A DNA stretch of 59,370 nt, filler included. It is 3 parts of 3 records of this genome, joined end to end, with 100 filler letters (N's around TTAATTAATTAA, not from the genome) between each part and the next. Parts side by side here need not be neighbours in the genome. Positions count along the whole stretch, not along the records: positions 44,662 to 59,370 come from SRR31156797_5409; 2 more parts are not named here. The stretch is one strand, 5' to 3'. Positions 56,677 through 59,370 of this stretch are shown here, one piece after another (position 1 is the stretch's first letter; every line of letters begins with the position of its first letter). The position numbers and the translations under genes are program-made. The notes under the pieces are model-generated. The model did no database searches and was not told the DNA's origin. It was given only the letters and a program-made list of their open reading frames with translations.

Positions 56677-57263
56677 TGAAAACTTTGATATATATTTTTA
56701 TACTTATCACTCATCTATTTGCTTATGATCAAGCTGATATAGATAAATTATTTGAAAATGATGAATGTAAAAAATGTGACTTTAGTGGAGCTGATCTTAG
56801 TAATAGAGATCTTAGTAGTTGTGAGATACAAGATTCAAATTTTAAAGGGGCAAACCTGAAAAATAGCAATCTTTTTATGAGTGATCTTGAAGGAAGTGAT
56901 CTAAGTGGAGCCCAGTTAGAAAATACTATTTTTTGGAAAGCAAATCTCTCTTTTACTAATCTAAGCAAAGTAAATGCGAAGAATGCAAACTTTAAAGGGG
57001 CAAATCTTCAAAATACAACTATAAAAAATAGTGATTTTACCAATAGCGTATCTTGGAAAGCAAACTTCACCGATGCTGATATAAGTAATACAAACTTTTC
57101 AAATAGTGAACTTGGAGATGCTAAGTTTTATCATAATGATCTCTCAAATAGTAAGTTAAGTGGAGCTATTCTTTGGAAAACAAAGTTTAAGGATACTATT
57201 CTTACACAAAAGCAATATGATGAAGCAAAAAAAGAAGAGGCTATATTTTATAAAAAAGAATAA
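56673..57263 (+). CDS. Exported pentapeptide-repeat protein
   Basis: Signal peptide, CKKCDFSGADLS and continuous A(D/N)L/Fxx repeats. Confidence 0.92.
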   Translation: MMKTLIYIFILITHLFAYDQADIDKLFENDECKKCDFSGADLSNRDLSSCEIQDSNFKGANLKNSNLFMSDLEGSDLSGAQLENTIFWKANLSFTNLSKVNAKNANFKGANLQNTTIKNSDFTNSVSWKANFTDADISNTNFSNSELGDAKFYHNDLSNSKLSGAILWKTKFKDTILTQKQYDEAKKEEAIFYKKE

Positions 57264-57267
57264 GAGA

Positions 57268-58053
57268 TTATTCTTTTTTAAGCTGCTCTAACTTGATAAA
57301 ATAAACATGTCCTAAATAGATTATATAAAATATAGAGATAAAAAAAGCAACAAATGGTAAAAGTGATACACTATATAAAAACAGCGTTCGAAGTCTCATC
57401 ATAAGTTTATCTGGATAGTATATCTGTCCAAACTCCTCTTTTGAAGTGAGTGTTGATCCCACATCATAGTGAAGCATTTTATGAAAAAAGTAATAAAATG
57501 GTAGATTAATAGCAATAATATTGATTAAAGGGATAAAATAAAAAGGGATCATTGCAATAAGAAGTAAGATCATAATAAGAGCAGTTTTAATGATCTTTCC
57601 AATCCCATCTACAATACTAAAATTTGTAGTGATTTCAAGATCACTATAGTGGCGCTTGTGAATGATAGCTAAAATTCTTGGGGTTAAAAATCCAATGATT
57701 ATCAAAGAGATAAAAATAGATAGATATCCAATAGCGAAAGCTCCAATTGTATAGACTAAAAAGCTTACGATCCAAGAAGTTACAGTATATTTAAGTAAAA
57801 AGTCTAAAATACCATTTCCTGTGTAGGTTTCAGTGGTGTGTTCCTCATTGACTATCCCATTTTCTATTTGAGTTTGGTGTTGTTCTATCTGGATTTGAGC
57901 ATTTTCTAAAGCATCTAGTCCCATACCTGCCACGGAAAAAAAGCTAATATATAAAATAATAGCACTTCCTATAAGTGGATAAATCAGGAGTGTTAACATC
58001 TCTTTTGTAAGATAATCACTTACACTTTTATTGAATATATTTATTTCAGACAT
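57268..58053 (-). CDS. EI24/CysZ-like membrane protein
   Basis: TM pattern with IIGFLTP.I...IHKRHY and PFYFIPLIN. Confidence 0.7.
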   Translation of the reverse strand: MSEINIFNKSVSDYLTKEMLTLLIYPLIGSAIILYISFFSVAGMGLDALENAQIQIEQHQTQIENGIVNEEHTTETYTGNGILDFLLKYTVTSWIVSFLVYTIGAFAIGYLSIFISLIIIGFLTPRILAIIHKRHYSDLEITTNFSIVDGIGKIIKTALIMILLLIAMIPFYFIPLINIIAINLPFYYFFHKMLHYDVGSTLTSKEEFGQIYYPDKLMMRLRTLFLYSVSLLPFVAFFISIFYIIYLGHVYFIKLEQLKKE

Positions 58054-58061
58054 TTCATACC

Positions 58062-58727
58062 TTATTTATAAAATTTAACAAATTCATCTACTTCTATTCT
58101 AGGAGTTCTATAGCTGTTAATAATGTGATTTGTATCTTCATACCCTAAAGCCATACCACAAAGTAAAATTTTATCATCATTGATATTAAGTTCACTTCTT
58201 ACAATATCTGGATACTGAGCAAGTGCAGCTTGCGTACAAGTGGAAAGTCCCAGTTCAATTGCACATAACATCACATTTTGTAAGAACATCCCATAGTCTA
58301 GATATGAGCCTTTTTCTAGATCTTTATCAATAAAAAAATAAAGCGCGACTGGAGCATCAAAAGCTCTATAGTTGGCTTTCCATTGATCCATTTGTTTTTG
58401 TTTATCTTCTCTTGTGATATTTAAAGTTTTATACATAAGTAATCCAGTCTCTTTTCTTCTACTTTTATACGGTTCCTTCCACTCTAATGGGTAATAGTTA
58501 TACCCCATTCTCTCTTCTTCTCCTAAAATAAATGCTTGTTGTAGTTTCTCTTCGATTGTTTTTTTCTTTGTTCCAGTTACTACAGATACTTGCCATGGTT
58601 GCATATTGACCCCTGAGGGAGCATGTCGTGCCATATCAAAAAGTTTTTCTATGAGGGCTTGTTCAAGTGGTTTATCCAAAAAAGCTCTTACTGATTTTCG
58701 ATTGAGAATTGATTGAAAAAGTTCCAT
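58062..58727 (-). CDS. Nitroreductase family protein
   Basis: RKSVRAF, APSGVNMQPW, DYGMFLQNVML and CGMALGY motifs. Confidence 0.93.
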   Translation of the reverse strand: MELFQSILNRKSVRAFLDKPLEQALIEKLFDMARHAPSGVNMQPWQVSVVTGTKKKTIEEKLQQAFILGEEERMGYNYYPLEWKEPYKSRRKETGLLMYKTLNITREDKQKQMDQWKANYRAFDAPVALYFFIDKDLEKGSYLDYGMFLQNVMLCAIELGLSTCTQAALAQYPDIVRSELNINDDKILLCGMALGYEDTNHIINSYRTPRIEVDEFVKFYK

Positions 58728-58825
58728 AATATTTTTACCTTTTATATAAAATTAGAGATGTATCTTACTAAAATTAGATGAAAAATATCTTATAATAAGA
58801 AAATCTAATATATAAAGGCTCAAAA

Positions 58826-59227
58826 ATGAAGAAAATAATTCCACTAAGTCTCTTAACAATAGGGTATAGTTTGCTTTTTGCAAATGAAGATGCAGCAATA
58901 GCAAACTATAAAAAAACTTGTAAAAGCTGTCATGGGAGTGCTTATTATGTAGCAAAAGTAAGAACCTATGATGAGTGGGAAAAGCTTTTTGAAAATAATG
59001 CAAAACACCTTTATGAAGCTCATAAAAGTGATAATAAAGCTATGAAGAAATTAAACTCACGCTATTTTATTACAAGAATGAGTGATTTACAAGAGTTTTT
59101 AATGGAAAATGGAAAAGATATGGGAACGATACCACCTTGTAATAGTACTACATGTGGCTTTGATGTAAAAATGTTACAAAAAAAAGAGAAACAAAAAACA
59201 CCTTCATTATTGAAAAAAGCCAACTAA
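58826..59227 (+). CDS. Periplasmic monoheme c-type cytochrome
   Basis: Signal peptide and a single CKSCH heme-binding motif. Confidence 0.8.
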   Translation: MKKIIPLSLLTIGYSLLFANEDAAIANYKKTCKSCHGSAYYVAKVRTYDEWEKLFENNAKHLYEAHKSDNKAMKKLNSRYFITRMSDLQEFLMENGKDMGTIPPCNSTTCGFDVKMLQKKEKQKTPSLLKKAN

Positions 59228-59228
59228 A

Positions 59229-59255
59229 TTAGCACTCCTTAAAATTAAGTGCTAA
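59229..59255. promoter_or_regulatory. CIRCE-like inverted repeat upstream of htpG
   Basis: TTAGCACTC-N9-AAGTGCTAA, one mismatch from TTAGCACTC-N9-GAGTGCTAA. It could also be the terminator of the cytochrome gene. Confidence 0.55.
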
Positions 59256-59342
59256 TTATTTATCAAACTTTAGCTTCCTTTTATAAAGTTATGTTACTAT
59301 TTCATCGTTAAAATATATTATTTAAAAAATAGGAGAAATTTT

Positions 59343-59370
59343 ATGGCAAAACATCAATTTCAAACAGAAG
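59343..59370 (+). CDS. htpG: Start of chaperone HtpG (Hsp90), truncated by window end
   Basis: AGGAG RBS, then MAKHQFQTE, the typical HtpG N-terminus. Only 9 codons are visible. Confidence 0.75.

Noticed and set aside
56673-57263. Qnr/MfpA quinolone resistance protein
   Set aside because: It has a signal peptide and CxxC cap, so it is unlikely to reach cytoplasmic gyrase.
83-59003. Many short ORFs in the track overlapping larger genes (e.g. 900-1193, 6563-6973, 37557-38000, 43637-44095, 3068-3292)
   Set aside because: They are antisense or out-of-frame shadows of well-supported genes or structured intergenic DNA, with no motifs or RBS.
1-59370. CRISPR arrays, IS elements, prophage, rRNA
   Set aside because: I saw no regularly spaced repeats, transposases, phage genes or rRNA-like sequence in any segment.

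Overview
The window is not one locus. It is three unrelated contigs joined by artificial 100-nt spacers (N44-TTAATTAATTAA-N44 at 27873-27972 and 44562-44661). Contig A (1-27872) is chromosome of an Enterococcus casseliflavus-group organism: ileS, gltBD, a complete intrinsic vanC-vanXY-vanT-vanR-vanS cluster, a B6-salvage-like operon, zwf, efaR/mntR, pepS, map, tagO/epaA, galM and copYZ(B). Contig B (27973-44561) is from an AT-rich Clostridia-like anaerobe: mutS2, two glycosyltransferases, an ABC-LytTR-membrane protein module, an uncharacterised DUF134/Mrp/NifB-NifX/4Fe-4S ATPase cluster, an MFS transporter and a partial tRNA-Ser. Contig C (44662-59370) is from a Campylobacterota (Arcobacter/Sulfurovum/Sulfurimonas-like) organism: a histidine kinase, two tandem ATP-grasp ligases, mltC, brnTA, tatBC-queA, djlA, and ankyrin, thioredoxin and pentapeptide proteins, ending in the start of htpG. 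The best candidates for undescribed biology are (1) the tandem ATP-grasp pair, whose second member lacks the ExN asparagine and carries a C-terminal helix-hairpin-helix module, (2) the DUF134 cluster with three copies of a GACATATGYC palindrome on its divergent promoters, and (3) a Fur box over a possible C/U-rich sRNA between ileS and gltB. All assignments come from motif recognition by eye; no searches were run.
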